Both the position numbers and the translations under genes were made by a program. From positions 30,602 through 94,601 of the forward strand of contig JBBRUX010000008.1 in NCBI GenBank assembly GCA_038247415.1: a stretch of 64,000 nt of DNA, written 5' to 3'. This DNA is from Chitinivibrionales bacterium. Lineage in GTDB: Bacteria; Fibrobacterota; Chitinivibrionia; Chitinivibrionales; WJKA01. Under the pieces are notes generated by a model. It searched no databases. It was not told the origin of the DNA and was given only the letters and a program-made list of their open reading frames with translations. Shown here one piece after another: positions 16,350 to 26,520 of the stretch. Position 1 is the stretch's first letter; every line of letters begins with the position of its first letter.

Positions 16350-18671
16350 TTAAAAGGTTATTGCAGTACATATTGATACGTTATTGTTAGCTATTAATGT
16401 GCTATTACTATTATAGCGGTAACCAAATCGTGAATCCCAAATAAGCGTAGCACCTGGTGTCATTTCTACTCCAAGCCGGTAACCATAATACATCGTGGGC
16501 GTAGGATCTAACAATTTATCTGTTGCCCCTGTAAGTGGATCGATTGATCGCCAAATATTTGTTTTAGAAAAATAGCCTTCAAGTGTTTTAACTTTTGGAA
16601 TTTTACTCAAGATTATTTGGCCTATTCCAAGTTTTGCTTCTGCACGATGATCGAGCTTGTTGTTATCGCCAACTAAATATTGATAACTCCCATCGAGTGT
16701 GAGCACACTGGCGATATTGGCTGTGAGCGACCCATAAATACCATTGAGATTAACACTATCGAGCGTTGATTGCTTAGACAGAGGTGTAGGGTATCGTTGA
16801 ACGCGTTCGTCGAAATAATAGGTGCCAAAATAGCCGGGCATAAATCGCCCAACGATATGCCGGTATTCGACCGATGCAGTAACAGGGCCAACGCGCAGTG
16901 CTACGCCGGGAGCACCAAATCCCCAACCGCTCGATATATCTTTGGTGCGGGGTTCGTTGTCATACGACATTCCGGCTTGTCCATAAATGTCAAGCCCAAT
17001 CTTTTCTGCTTTAATAATTGGAATGCCTGCATCTATACCGATAATCGCAAATGCATCAACTGTGTCGCGGTAGGTTGTATCTATGGTGGAATACCGTGTC
17101 CCCAGGGAGTCGAAGATGGCATTTTCGGCGGAAATCGTTGGGGAACTTAATTTTATGATTGTTGCAGAATCTGTTGATCGAAGGGCAAAATCCCAGTCGA
17201 TAGGGCCATTCCCGTTTTTATCGCGTAAATTTCCATTGTAGCGCCATTTTTTTGCTGGTGTAAATTGATTAATATCTGTTGCATAAGTTGCCCCAATGCA
17301 TAATTTATTAAGGAGTGGGGCGCTGGTTGCTTTAAGCGGGGTGAGTGCAAAACGAGCGGCAACAATTCCACCTTTGTCTTTAAACTCGCTAATGTCTGCT
17401 ATCATGGTTTGCAACGTTAACCCCAGAGGTGTTAGGTCGTTTAAATACACCTGCAGACCGGGAAGTTTCTGATCGGGATAGTGGAGCATATTGGTAAAGC
17501 GATCAACAACAAATCCATATCCGAGAGATACATTAGATAACCCGCCAAATTTTACAAACAGAGGATCCTGTTCATGGCCAAATCGGATATAGCGGATTTT
17601 GCGAAAAACACCTTCCTGCCAGTTGTCTTTGTCAAAGCGCCATCCTTTGTCCGAGAACTTCCCGTCGGGGGTTATGAAAAGTTCTGCATCAACAAAAACA
17701 CCAAATTTCCAAAGAGGAATGTCAACGCCAAAGGCAATACGTGTCCACTGTTTATCGGCTACTGTTACGCTGCTCACACCAAATTCGTAGCTGGGCTTTT
17801 CTCCTTTAGGCTTTTGTGCATCCTTGTGAGCTTTTTGTGCTGAGGTATCCTTGGCTGCCGAAGCGGGTTGATTGGGTTGTGCAGGTGATGCTGGCACCGG
17901 CGCGATCTGGTTTGGTTGCTCTGGTGTCAATGGCGCTGCAAACGAATCTTTTGGAGCTGCCGATGCTGCTGGGATTGTGTCGGTTACGGCACCAACGGGA
18001 GTTTGTAAAGGTGAAACGTACGCAGGTGTTGAAGATACAGGTACCCCAGGAGAAGCAAGGGCTGGTGCCACGGTTTCGGGCTTGGGTGCGTTTGCCCACT
18101 CTGAAAGGGATGCGATAGCTTTTTCCGAAAGCGGCCCTTGCTTGACAGTTGCTGACATGGGATCGAATGATGCAAAGGTACCCGATGCCACGGTAAAAAA
18201 TTCTCCGCGAGGAGATTCAAGCCGCATCGAACCTTCTATGACTGCAACGCTAACCTCGTTAGATTTTGAGTAACGAATAGCAGCAGTGGTGCCCATGGGG
18301 CTAAAGGCGCAGCCTCCTGCAATAATAATCGTTTCGATAGAATCGTGAGGCTGGATTCGTTTAAGAAGTATTTGACCAGATATAAGTGAAATGGTTGCGG
18401 CTTTGGTGGCCGATTGAAGAATAACGACCTGCGTAGAGGCTTTAAGCAGTAGTGTTGTTGAAATTCCGATGCGAACAGTGCCGTTACCGGTGCTGTCTGT
18501 TGAGAGCGTGTCACCGGCAATAATGCTTGCAGAATCTTTGATGGATTGCCAGCCTTGCGTATCGCTAAAGTATTTACACCCGCTCCCAGAAAGCATGATT
18601 GGTGCAGTTTGTGAAACAACAACACTAACAAGTGATATTCCAATAAGGATTGCACGCATAACCAGGACCAT
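16350..18671 (-). CDS. Secreted FecR-domain protein with Pro/Ala-rich linker and C-terminal outer-membrane beta-barrel-like region
   Basis: A signal-like N-terminus is followed by a FecR-like block (GDTLSTDSTGNGTVRIGISTTLLLKASTQVVIL...GSMRLESP). A low-complexity segment of roughly 100 aa is rich in P, A and Q. The C-terminal ~480 aa show alternating hydrophobicity and end in ...ICTAITF, with a terminal aromatic residue. Confidence 0.5.
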   Translation of the reverse strand: MVLVMRAILIGISLVSVVVSQTAPIMLSGSGCKYFSDTQGWQSIKDSASIIAGDTLSTDSTGNGTVRIGISTTLLLKASTQVVILQSATKAATISLISGQILLKRIQPHDSIETIIIAGGCAFSPMGTTAAIRYSKSNEVSVAVIEGSMRLESPRGEFFTVASGTFASFDPMSATVKQGPLSEKAIASLSEWANAPKPETVAPALASPGVPVSSTPAYVSPLQTPVGAVTDTIPAASAAPKDSFAAPLTPEQPNQIAPVPASPAQPNQPASAAKDTSAQKAHKDAQKPKGEKPSYEFGVSSVTVADKQWTRIAFGVDIPLWKFGVFVDAELFITPDGKFSDKGWRFDKDNWQEGVFRKIRYIRFGHEQDPLFVKFGGLSNVSLGYGFVVDRFTNMLHYPDQKLPGLQVYLNDLTPLGLTLQTMIADISEFKDKGGIVAARFALTPLKATSAPLLNKLCIGATYATDINQFTPAKKWRYNGNLRDKNGNGPIDWDFALRSTDSATIIKLSSPTISAENAIFDSLGTRYSTIDTTYRDTVDAFAIIGIDAGIPIIKAEKIGLDIYGQAGMSYDNEPRTKDISSGWGFGAPGVALRVGPVTASVEYRHIVGRFMPGYFGTYYFDERVQRYPTPLSKQSTLDSVNLNGIYGSLTANIASVLTLDGSYQYLVGDNNKLDHRAEAKLGIGQIILSKIPKVKTLEGYFSKTNIWRSIDPLTGATDKLLDPTPTMYYGYRLGVEMTPGATLIWDSRFGYRYNSNSTLIANNNVSICTAITF

Positions 18672-18826
18672 AGATTCTCCTTTGAATCAGGGATGTCAAT
18701 GTATGTAATTGATTGAAATCAGGATACTCGGCGTGCATTTCGGTTTGAAATGCATACTATAAATGGTACGATTAAAAATCGTATCTACCAATCAAAAAAT
18801 CATTACTTTTTTTCATCGTGTGTATG

Positions 18827-20017
18827 CTAGCCTTGGGTTGATTGGGCTATTTGTGTACTGCTATATACATTGTTTACAGATTGAACAATTCTATCCCATG
18901 AGAAATAATCGTGTGCGTGAGCAAATCCGGCCTCTGCTAACGATTGTGCCTCCAGTGGAGCATTAAATGTCGTGCATATCGCCAATGCAAGCGCCACCGG
19001 ATCTTTTTGAGGGATCAAAAGCCCTGTTTTATTATGGGTGATAACATCAGGAATCCCGCCAACATTGGTTCCAATCACGGGCTTCTTATACGACAATGCC
19101 TCCAAAAGAACAACGCCCAACCCCTCTGTGTCGCCTTTGTGATCGATAATTGCCGGGAGTACAAAAACTTCGCATCGTGCAAAGAGATCTCTGAGTGTTT
19201 CGTCTGGAATTTTGCCAGGCAGGAAAACACTTCTACTTAAAGAAAGTTTTTCGGCCAAAGATTTGAGCTCTGGAACAAGCGGTCCGCCACCAGCAATGGT
19301 GAGGGTTGCATCGGGATACTCTGCCAGAACAGTAGGCATACAAGCAATAAGATATTCGAAACCCTTACGTTCAACAACACGTCCAACACTCAGAATTGCA
19401 TGGGGCGTGGTGGGTCTGGTTTCTGGATTGGGGGGTATGGTAGAACCATAGGGAATAATGGTAATTGTTCTTTCGTATAAGGCCCGTACTTTACTACCAG
19501 TAAATTCTGATATTGCTATAACACCATTGGCATTTTTAATAAACTGCTTTAAAAACAATGCAACAAACGGAAACTTGTTGACAAGAAGAAGCTCTGCGCC
19601 ATAAAACGTGAGAACAACTTTTGTAGGCGCGCAGTGGCGCGCAACTTCCGAAAAAATGCCATGCGGAAACGACCAGTGTACATGGAGAATATCGAATCGC
19701 TTGCGCAGATGCAACCACGATAGCCCCATGGTTCCGGCGGCAATATAAAAGAGCGTAATGATTTTATAATGCAGTTTATGAATCTTGTTGGGGGCCCCTT
19801 CGTCGTGGGTTAATGTTTCCCAGGGGGCTAAAAAATACCTAAATCGTTGTACTGGTATCCCATCGATGGCATGCGTTGCAAGTCCTCGAAAAGAAGGGAC
19901 AAAAAGGGTAATGTCGTGGCCGCTTGCAGCCAGTTTATTGACAAGAATGCGTAACCAAGGAACTTCGTAGTCTTTGTGGTTGCGTGCGTAAACAGATCCG
20001 ATAAAGCAAATTTTCAT
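18827..20017 (-). CDS. Glycosyltransferase family 4 (GT-B)
   Basis: Contains the C-terminal E-x7-E region EGLGVVLLEALSYKKPVIGTNVGGIPDVI. Length is 396 aa. Confidence 0.85.
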   Translation of the reverse strand: MKICFIGSVYARNHKDYEVPWLRILVNKLAASGHDITLFVPSFRGLATHAIDGIPVQRFRYFLAPWETLTHDEGAPNKIHKLHYKIITLFYIAAGTMGLSWLHLRKRFDILHVHWSFPHGIFSEVARHCAPTKVVLTFYGAELLLVNKFPFVALFLKQFIKNANGVIAISEFTGSKVRALYERTITIIPYGSTIPPNPETRPTTPHAILSVGRVVERKGFEYLIACMPTVLAEYPDATLTIAGGGPLVPELKSLAEKLSLSRSVFLPGKIPDETLRDLFARCEVFVLPAIIDHKGDTEGLGVVLLEALSYKKPVIGTNVGGIPDVITHNKTGLLIPQKDPVALALAICTTFNAPLEAQSLAEAGFAHAHDYFSWDRIVQSVNNVYSSTQIAQSTQG

Positions 20018-20029
20018 GGCGTAGGGTAA

Positions 20030-20956
20030 CTAGTCTATGGTTTCACGGATAGTATACGTTTTTTTAGGAGATGAATGTGTGATCATTTCTCCAACAAGCC
20101 CTATTGATATAAACTGTATGCCCATTATGATAGATCCCATGGATAAAAGTACCAGCGGACGAATATGCATACTGCCACTTCTGATCCAGTCTATGCCGAA
20201 ATAGGACAAAACCGCACACCCTAAAAAGCCAAAGAGAAGCCCAATCGTTCCAAAAAAATGGAGCGGGTTCTTCATGTATTTACGCAAGAAGACGATCGTG
20301 AGTAAATCGAATGGTCCATTGAGAAAACGATTAAGCCCAAATTTTGTTACCCCATATTTGCGCTGGTGATGCGTTACAACAATTTCCGTTACCCGATAGC
20401 CATTCCAGTGGGCAAGAGCTGGCAAGTAGCGATGGCGTTCGCCATAAATCTCCAGCGATTTAGCAGCCTCTGCGCGGTACATTTTAAAACCACAGTTGAA
20501 ATCGTGAAGCTTGACACCAGAGATCATGGAGGTGAACCAATTAAAAAATTTGGAAGGGATGTTTTTAGAAAAGACAGGATCGAAGCGTTTCTTTTTCCAG
20601 CCCGATACTACATCATAGCTTTCTTCGATTTTTTTAAGCATATCGGGTATGGCTGTAGGATCGTCTTGTAAATCGGAGTCCATCGTGACAATGATATCAC
20701 CCGTGGCTGCATCGATACCTGCAGCGAGCGCAGCAGATTTTCCGAAGTTGCGGCTGAATCTGATTGCTTTGACATGGGTGGGAGCGTCTTTAGCAAGCAT
20801 CTTGATTTGATCGTATGATCCATCGGTTGAGCCATCATCAATAAATATAACCTCGTAGGTTAAGTCTCTGGTGTCAAGAACAGCCGCAATGCCGCGAAGA
20901 AGCTCGGCCAGACTTTCACGCTCGTTATACAAGGGAATGACAAGGGATATTTTCAT
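20030..20956 (-). CDS. Glycosyltransferase family 2, polyprenyl-phosphate sugar transferase type (ArnC/GtrB/DPM1-like)
   Basis: Motifs present are VIPLYNERESL, DDGSTDGS and the DxD motif (DSDLQDDP). Two C-terminal TM helices are present. Confidence 0.9.
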   Translation of the reverse strand: MKISLVIPLYNERESLAELLRGIAAVLDTRDLTYEVIFIDDGSTDGSYDQIKMLAKDAPTHVKAIRFSRNFGKSAALAAGIDAATGDIIVTMDSDLQDDPTAIPDMLKKIEESYDVVSGWKKKRFDPVFSKNIPSKFFNWFTSMISGVKLHDFNCGFKMYRAEAAKSLEIYGERHRYLPALAHWNGYRVTEIVVTHHQRKYGVTKFGLNRFLNGPFDLLTIVFLRKYMKNPLHFFGTIGLLFGFLGCAVLSYFGIDWIRSGSMHIRPLVLLSMGSIIMGIQFISIGLVGEMITHSSPKKTYTIRETID

Positions 20957-21957
20957 GGATTATGCGCTTTCGTTACGATATCGGGTGAAAGAGGATTCTG
21001 TGATTTTATTTTTCCTGTAATAAAAAATACCCCACCTGCAAGGCTTGCAATAATGCCAACCAGCGACGCGAGAAATTCCATAACTATTGCCCCGTGCGGA
21101 GTAAATCCTGCAAGTGCAAAAAGTCCTCCCCCGAGAGCTTCGCGAACACCAAAGGGTAACGGTACAATCATTAAAATAGCGAGTATTGGAACAAAAATAA
21201 AGAAATATTGAAAATTATGCATCCCCACCAGACCAAGCGACATCCCGCAGAGTATATGTACACCAATTCGTTGGACTTGCACAATGGTTGAAATAAGGCC
21301 AACCAGAACGATAAGACGTAGATTCGTTTTTTCTAGAAGTGCCTGATGCACAATCGCCTTGATTTGCTTATGTCCAGGAAAAGGAATGCTATGGAGGATG
21401 GGTAAAAAGATCTTTTGCAGCCGTGTTGAAACAAGAAAAAGAAGGAGCCCGGTAAATGCAATAAACGTTACAATAAGCGCTATAATTGCCGTGGTGAGTG
21501 CGCGTCCGTCAACCATGCCTTTGGCGAGCAGCACGCATGAACCAGCCACTGCAAAACCCATCATGGCCCACAGGCCAGCAAACCGATCGAGAAACGTTGC
21601 GGCGATGCTTTTAGTTCCGCTGTGGTTATTCATTTTAATGTAAGCGATCCGAACAGCATCTCCGGCTACAAGTCCCAGCATAAAATTATTAAAGAAGGTT
21701 CCTATAAAATAAAGAGAAACAGTTCTACCCCATGGTAAAGTAATGCCCCTGCTAGACAAGAGTATATGCCATTGGATGGCGCCAAGGCCAATGCTTACTA
21801 CAAATAAGCCTATCGCACACCAAATCCAGAAAGGGTTGGCAGCCATAATTGCATGTGAAATGGTAGCAAACCCTAGTCGCTGGACAATAAGCAGGAGAAC
21901 CCCAAGGGTAATGAGGATTTTTAATGATGTTGAAAGTGCTTTGGGCAGTGCCTTCAT
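20953..21957 (-). CDS. UPF0104 / lysylphosphatidylglycerol-synthase-TM-region-like (flippase-like) membrane protein
   Basis: A polytopic 334-aa membrane protein. Its ends overlap both neighbouring genes by 4 nt. The family assignment rests on topology and context only. Confidence 0.6.
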   Translation of the reverse strand: MKALPKALSTSLKILITLGVLLLIVQRLGFATISHAIMAANPFWIWCAIGLFVVSIGLGAIQWHILLSSRGITLPWGRTVSLYFIGTFFNNFMLGLVAGDAVRIAYIKMNNHSGTKSIAATFLDRFAGLWAMMGFAVAGSCVLLAKGMVDGRALTTAIIALIVTFIAFTGLLLFLVSTRLQKIFLPILHSIPFPGHKQIKAIVHQALLEKTNLRLIVLVGLISTIVQVQRIGVHILCGMSLGLVGMHNFQYFFIFVPILAILMIVPLPFGVREALGGGLFALAGFTPHGAIVMEFLASLVGIIASLAGGVFFITGKIKSQNPLSPDIVTKAHNP

Positions 21958-23099
21958 GGGGTAGTAATTCCTGGTGCACTGTGTGCGGGGAGTGATTGTG
22001 GTGAAAATGCCAGGTTAATTGCTTGGCGCATTTTTTGTGCCGTGGAATCCCATAAAAAGGTAGAACTGTGCGCTTGCGCTTGGCGCTCCATAGTATGTCT
22101 CTGATTTTCGTTTGCCAAGAGAGCAAGAACTGTTTCAACAAAACGTGGCCCATTGTTGCTTGGGTAAAGCATTCCTGTTGTGGTGTCGATAACCGAATCG
22201 CGAAGCCCTGCAACATTTGCAGAAACAGAAATGGTGCCACACATGTTAGCTTCTATATTGGTAATTCCCCAGCCTTCTTTAAGTGAAGGGTTGAGAAAAA
22301 GAGTTGCGCGGCTGTAAAGATTTCTTTTTTCTTCTTCGGTAACAAAACCGGCAAAAGAAACCGAATCGGTTAATGTAAGGCTGCACACAAGGCTTTGTAG
22401 GGTTTCTTTGTAGGGGCCATTTCCTGCAATTATAAGTTTTGCGTCTGGATGTACTGCAAGAATAGGCTTAAAATTGCTAATAAGAAACTGGACGTTTTTG
22501 TATTTCTGTAAACGAGTGATGCAAAAAAGCAAAGGTGTAGGATCTTTAGGGCAGAAAGGTTTAAAAAACTCTCCATCGATCCCGGGTTCAACGGTAATGG
22601 TTTTAATGGGACCTTTTGCAAAACGATTGATCTCGCTTGTTGTACTGTTGGAAATTCCCAGAAAATATTCTCTTTTATAAACAAAGCGGACAAGAGATTC
22701 GAGAATAAATACATAGAGCGCCATTGGAAAGAATGCTTCTTGGAAAATTGCCGTTCCAAAAAAATGCATTACCATGTGCATGCGAGGCTTCTTACTATAC
22801 AGTGGCGTAAAGAAGGGAAGCTTGTTGATGTCTTCGATAATAAGGTCGTATTCGGATTGATGCTTTAAAAGATATCCGATTACCGAATAATTGAAGAGAA
22901 ACTCATTGCCAATGCGAATGGTTACAATGTCATCGGAAATTTCGTGCGGGGAACAGCCCTTAAATGCATGCGAGAGCACGGTTACTGCATAGGTTTTCGA
23001 TTGAGCGAGGCGTTTAAAGATTTCGTAATAATACACCTCTGCTCCCCCTGCTCGAGGGTTTTTTATATCACGCCAATTAATAATAATAATTTTTTTCAT
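21954..23099 (-). CDS. Glycosyltransferase family 4 (GT-B)
   Basis: Contains the C-terminal block EGWGITNIEANMCGTISVSANVAGLRDSV. Length is 381 aa. Confidence 0.8.
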   Translation of the reverse strand: MKKIIIINWRDIKNPRAGGAEVYYYEIFKRLAQSKTYAVTVLSHAFKGCSPHEISDDIVTIRIGNEFLFNYSVIGYLLKHQSEYDLIIEDINKLPFFTPLYSKKPRMHMVMHFFGTAIFQEAFFPMALYVFILESLVRFVYKREYFLGISNSTTSEINRFAKGPIKTITVEPGIDGEFFKPFCPKDPTPLLFCITRLQKYKNVQFLISNFKPILAVHPDAKLIIAGNGPYKETLQSLVCSLTLTDSVSFAGFVTEEEKRNLYSRATLFLNPSLKEGWGITNIEANMCGTISVSANVAGLRDSVIDTTTGMLYPSNNGPRFVETVLALLANENQRHTMERQAQAHSSTFLWDSTAQKMRQAINLAFSPQSLPAHSAPGITTP

Positions 23100-23156
23100 G
23101 ATGCTTTTTTAAGGTGCGTTTATGAAGAACCTGCGCCACAGGTACATATTCTTTAA

Positions 23157-23882
23157 CTAAAAAGGTTGCCCGCTTCTTCTTCTAATGTAAATTTCATCAA
23201 TTGATGCATGGTCAGACAGTGAAAGCAAATACGTTACGGTTTGAGCAATATCCTCTGGCTTAAGTAAAATCGATCGGTCGAGATCGGGTCGTGCTGATGC
23301 TACCATATCGGTATCAACGCCGCCGGGCAGAATTGCTGAAACACGAATGCCACAAGGTGCAGCTTCCACGGCAAGGGATTTTGTTAACCCCATGACACCA
23401 TGTTTACTTGCGGTATATGCTGCCTGATTTGGATATCCTTTAATGCCTACCACACTTGCAATATTTATAATATATCCAGATTTTGCAAGGGTCATAATTT
23501 TTAACGCTTCGCGACAACAGAGAAATGTTCCGCGAAGATTGGTGTTAACTACGGTATCAAAATCCGATGATGCAAAAGTTTGAAGCGGGCCATAAACACC
23601 AACTCCGGCATTATTGATACACACATCGAGCCGCCCATGATACTTTGCAATATGTGCAAAGAGGGCAATGATAGAATCTTCTTTTTGAATATCTGCGGCA
23701 AAAGCTGTAGCTTCGAGTTCATTTTCGTGCAAGGTTTCTATAAGTTTGGCGAGTGCTGGTTTGCTGCGCCCCGTGCAGATAACATGCATCCCAGAAGCTG
23801 CAAGTGCGTATGCAATGGCTTTACCAATACCACGCGTTGCGCCGGTTACGAGTGCGACTTTTTGTGGGACATTTTTTTTCAT
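23157..23882 (-). CDS. Short-chain dehydrogenase/reductase (classical SDR)
   Basis: Carries TGATRGIGKAIA (TGxxxGxG), NNAG and YTASK (YxxxK). Confidence 0.9.
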   Translation of the reverse strand: MKKNVPQKVALVTGATRGIGKAIAYALAASGMHVICTGRSKPALAKLIETLHENELEATAFAADIQKEDSIIALFAHIAKYHGRLDVCINNAGVGVYGPLQTFASSDFDTVVNTNLRGTFLCCREALKIMTLAKSGYIINIASVVGIKGYPNQAAYTASKHGVMGLTKSLAVEAAPCGIRVSAILPGGVDTDMVASARPDLDRSILLKPEDIAQTVTYLLSLSDHASIDEIYIRRRSGQPF

Positions 23883-23901
23883 GGTAAACCTCTATCAAAA
23901 G

Positions 23902-25563
23902 TTATTTTTTGAGTAATTCGGTAGCATGTTTTCGTGCCGTGAGAGAATCTCCGCCCAGCATACGGCTTATTTCATCGATGCGACCCTGGTGATTAAGCTC
24001 CACAACGCGCGTTACGGTACGTTTGTCGAGGGTTTCTTTGTAAACAGTATAATGAGTGTCTGCAACGCTTGCAATCTGATGTAAATGAGAAATGCAAAGG
24101 ACCTGATGCGAAATAGAAAGCTCTTTCATAGCCACAGCTACTTCATGGGCTATGAGCCCGCCTATACCTGTGTCAATTTCATCAAAAATCATGATATGCA
24201 CAGGATTACTGCCTTTGAGAGCAGTTTTTATGGCGAGCATAATGCGCGATATTTCCCCACCCGATGCAGTTTTAACCAGAGGAAGAAATTCTTCGCCTGC
24301 GTTTGTTCGAACCAGAAAGGAGCACTCATCGAGCCCTGTTGGCGAAATATTCGCATAGGGCGTAAAGAGAGTCTTGAGTGCACCGGCAGTAAAACCAAGG
24401 CGATTCATCTCTGTTGTTACTGCACTATCAAATCCCTGTGCTGCTTTAGCCCGTGCAACGCGTAGTTTTTCTCCGTGTTTTAAGCAGTCTGCATGCATCC
24501 GTTCAAACTTTTTTTCGAGTTCTGCTTTGTCGGACTCGGTGTTTTCTAAGAGAGAAAGTTCCTGTATGCGATCTTTGCAAAGGGCAATAAGACCTTCCTC
24601 GGAGGTTTGGTACTTTTTCTTGAACCGCTGGATTTTTGCAAGACGGCTATTAATAGTTTCGATACGTGTTGGGTCTGCGTCGGCGGCAATAGTATCGAGA
24701 TAGGAGCCACAAAAAGTTTCCAGCTCGTCGATGGTTGTAATCGCTATTTCTAGTTCGCTTATCCAAGAGGTTAGGGTCGTATCGTGACGCGAAAGGAGCT
24801 CGATCTTTTTGCGAATTTTTACAAGTGTTTCTGATATCGGGAGAGAATCGTCGCTCAGAATGGTGCTTATCGCGCTCACCGCTTCTATTCGTTCGGTTGA
24901 TGCAGTAACTTTGTTGAGCTCGGCTAAGAGGCGTTCTTCTTCGCCGAGTGTAACATGCAGAGCCTCGAGTTCCTGTTTCTGAAAAGTAAGTATGTCTTTA
25001 CGTGATGCAATATCTAAAGCCTGTGCATTGAATGCGGCAAGATCGGTTTGTGCTGCATGATACGCTGCAAAGGCTTCATCAAAAATTGTTTTGACAGAAG
25101 CTACACTTTCGAGCGAGTCGATGGTGTGTTGGGCTGTTTCGGGTAATAAAAGCGATTGATGTTCGTGTTGCCCATGAAAATCTATGAGAAGATCGCCTAT
25201 TTTTTTGAGTGCGGCTAGCGGAAGCGGAACTTGGTTGACTAAAATCCGATTTTTCCCATTGAGTGCTAAAATGCGCCGAATAATGAGGGTGTCGTCTTCG
25301 CAGGAAATGCCTTGTTCTAAAAGTTGGTCGACCAATGATTGTGGCCCGTTATTAATAGAAAAAACGCCATTGACTTCTGCCTCGTTGCAACCCGACCGAA
25401 TCATTTCGTTGCTTGCGCGTTCACCAAGCAGTAAACCGATTGCCCCAATGAGAATAGACTTTCCGCTTCCCGTTTCGCCGGTGAAGACCGAAAATCCACG
25501 ATGAATAGTAAGAGAACAATCATCGATGAGAGCTAGGTTTTTAATACGAAGTTCACGAATCAT
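23902..25563 (-). CDS. recN: DNA repair protein RecN
   Basis: Starts MIRELRIKNLALID and has Walker A GETGSGKS. A long coiled-coil middle is followed by the C-terminal ASGGEISR and Walker B IMIFDEIDTGIGG. Confidence 0.95.
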   Translation of the reverse strand: MIRELRIKNLALIDDCSLTIHRGFSVFTGETGSGKSILIGAIGLLLGERASNEMIRSGCNEAEVNGVFSINNGPQSLVDQLLEQGISCEDDTLIIRRILALNGKNRILVNQVPLPLAALKKIGDLLIDFHGQHEHQSLLLPETAQHTIDSLESVASVKTIFDEAFAAYHAAQTDLAAFNAQALDIASRKDILTFQKQELEALHVTLGEEERLLAELNKVTASTERIEAVSAISTILSDDSLPISETLVKIRKKIELLSRHDTTLTSWISELEIAITTIDELETFCGSYLDTIAADADPTRIETINSRLAKIQRFKKKYQTSEEGLIALCKDRIQELSLLENTESDKAELEKKFERMHADCLKHGEKLRVARAKAAQGFDSAVTTEMNRLGFTAGALKTLFTPYANISPTGLDECSFLVRTNAGEEFLPLVKTASGGEISRIMLAIKTALKGSNPVHIMIFDEIDTGIGGLIAHEVAVAMKELSISHQVLCISHLHQIASVADTHYTVYKETLDKRTVTRVVELNHQGRIDEISRMLGGDSLTARKHATELLKK

Positions 25564-26470
25564 GGTTTACCGTCGAATGTTTTTTGTAGTTTTGTCCCCA
25601 TTGTAATTTACTGCGCAGTAAATCGAAGTAGGTTCGGCCCGATAACGCAATCGTACGCGTAGTTTTTTTTGCCCTGGTAATACTAATTTCGTCGCCAGCT
25701 AAAAGCTGTAACGATACAAGTCCATCTGCCGAAAAGAGCATGGTACTATCGGTTGGATTTGCGACAAGGGTGAGCGTATGGTGTGCCGATACTACCATGG
25801 GCCGTTGCGTGAGAGAATGGGGGCACAAGGGTGTTATCAGAAATGCATTGACATCGGGATGAATAAGCGGTCCACCCGCAGCAAGTGAATACGCCGTAGA
25901 CCCACATGGCGTTGCTACAATAACCCCGTCGCCAACAAAATCGGTAATGAGCTGATTGTTGCTAAAAGCTCCAATGGAAATAAGCTTAGGTTTATCAAAA
26001 CGATTGATGTACACATCGTTAAATGCAGTAAAGCTTCCGAGTGTTATTGAATTCCTACGCAGGGTAGCACACAGCGCCATCCCATTTACAATGGTTAATG
26101 GGCTAGAAACAAGGGTAGTAAGCGAAGCTTCGAGGTCATTGGCCCCTATATCGGTGAGATACCCCAATCCACCTAGGTTAATGCCAATAACCGGAATACT
26201 GCGTGCATATGCAATATGTAAAGCAGATAGAAAAGTTCCATCTCCCCCAAGGGAAATAAGAATATCGATGTTTTTTGTAAATTCTTTTTCGGAAGGTGCT
26301 ATGGAAATGGCGGAGCGTTTTGAGATGCTTGGCGCTAAAAGCGGATGTGCAATAATAGCATTATAGTGATTCTTTTTCTTCCAGACTGCAATACGCTCTA
26401 GTACCGCAACAGCATCAGCTGAGTGCTTAAAGGCAACAATTCCAAGAGTGGGGGATTGTACCGAATTCAT
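25553..26470 (-). CDS. nadK: NAD+ kinase
   Basis: Contains the GGDGT motif (LISLGGDGTFL) and the NE/D region (TPCGSTAYSLAAGGP). It overlaps the recN start by 11 nt. Confidence 0.9.
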   Translation of the reverse strand: MNSVQSPTLGIVAFKHSADAVAVLERIAVWKKKNHYNAIIAHPLLAPSISKRSAISIAPSEKEFTKNIDILISLGGDGTFLSALHIAYARSIPVIGINLGGLGYLTDIGANDLEASLTTLVSSPLTIVNGMALCATLRRNSITLGSFTAFNDVYINRFDKPKLISIGAFSNNQLITDFVGDGVIVATPCGSTAYSLAAGGPLIHPDVNAFLITPLCPHSLTQRPMVVSAHHTLTLVANPTDSTMLFSADGLVSLQLLAGDEISITRAKKTTRTIALSGRTYFDLLRSKLQWGQNYKKHSTVNHDS

Positions 26471-26520
26471 AAAAAATACACGTTCGTTATTGTTAGTAAA
26501 GGGCCATATTCGTTATTGTG

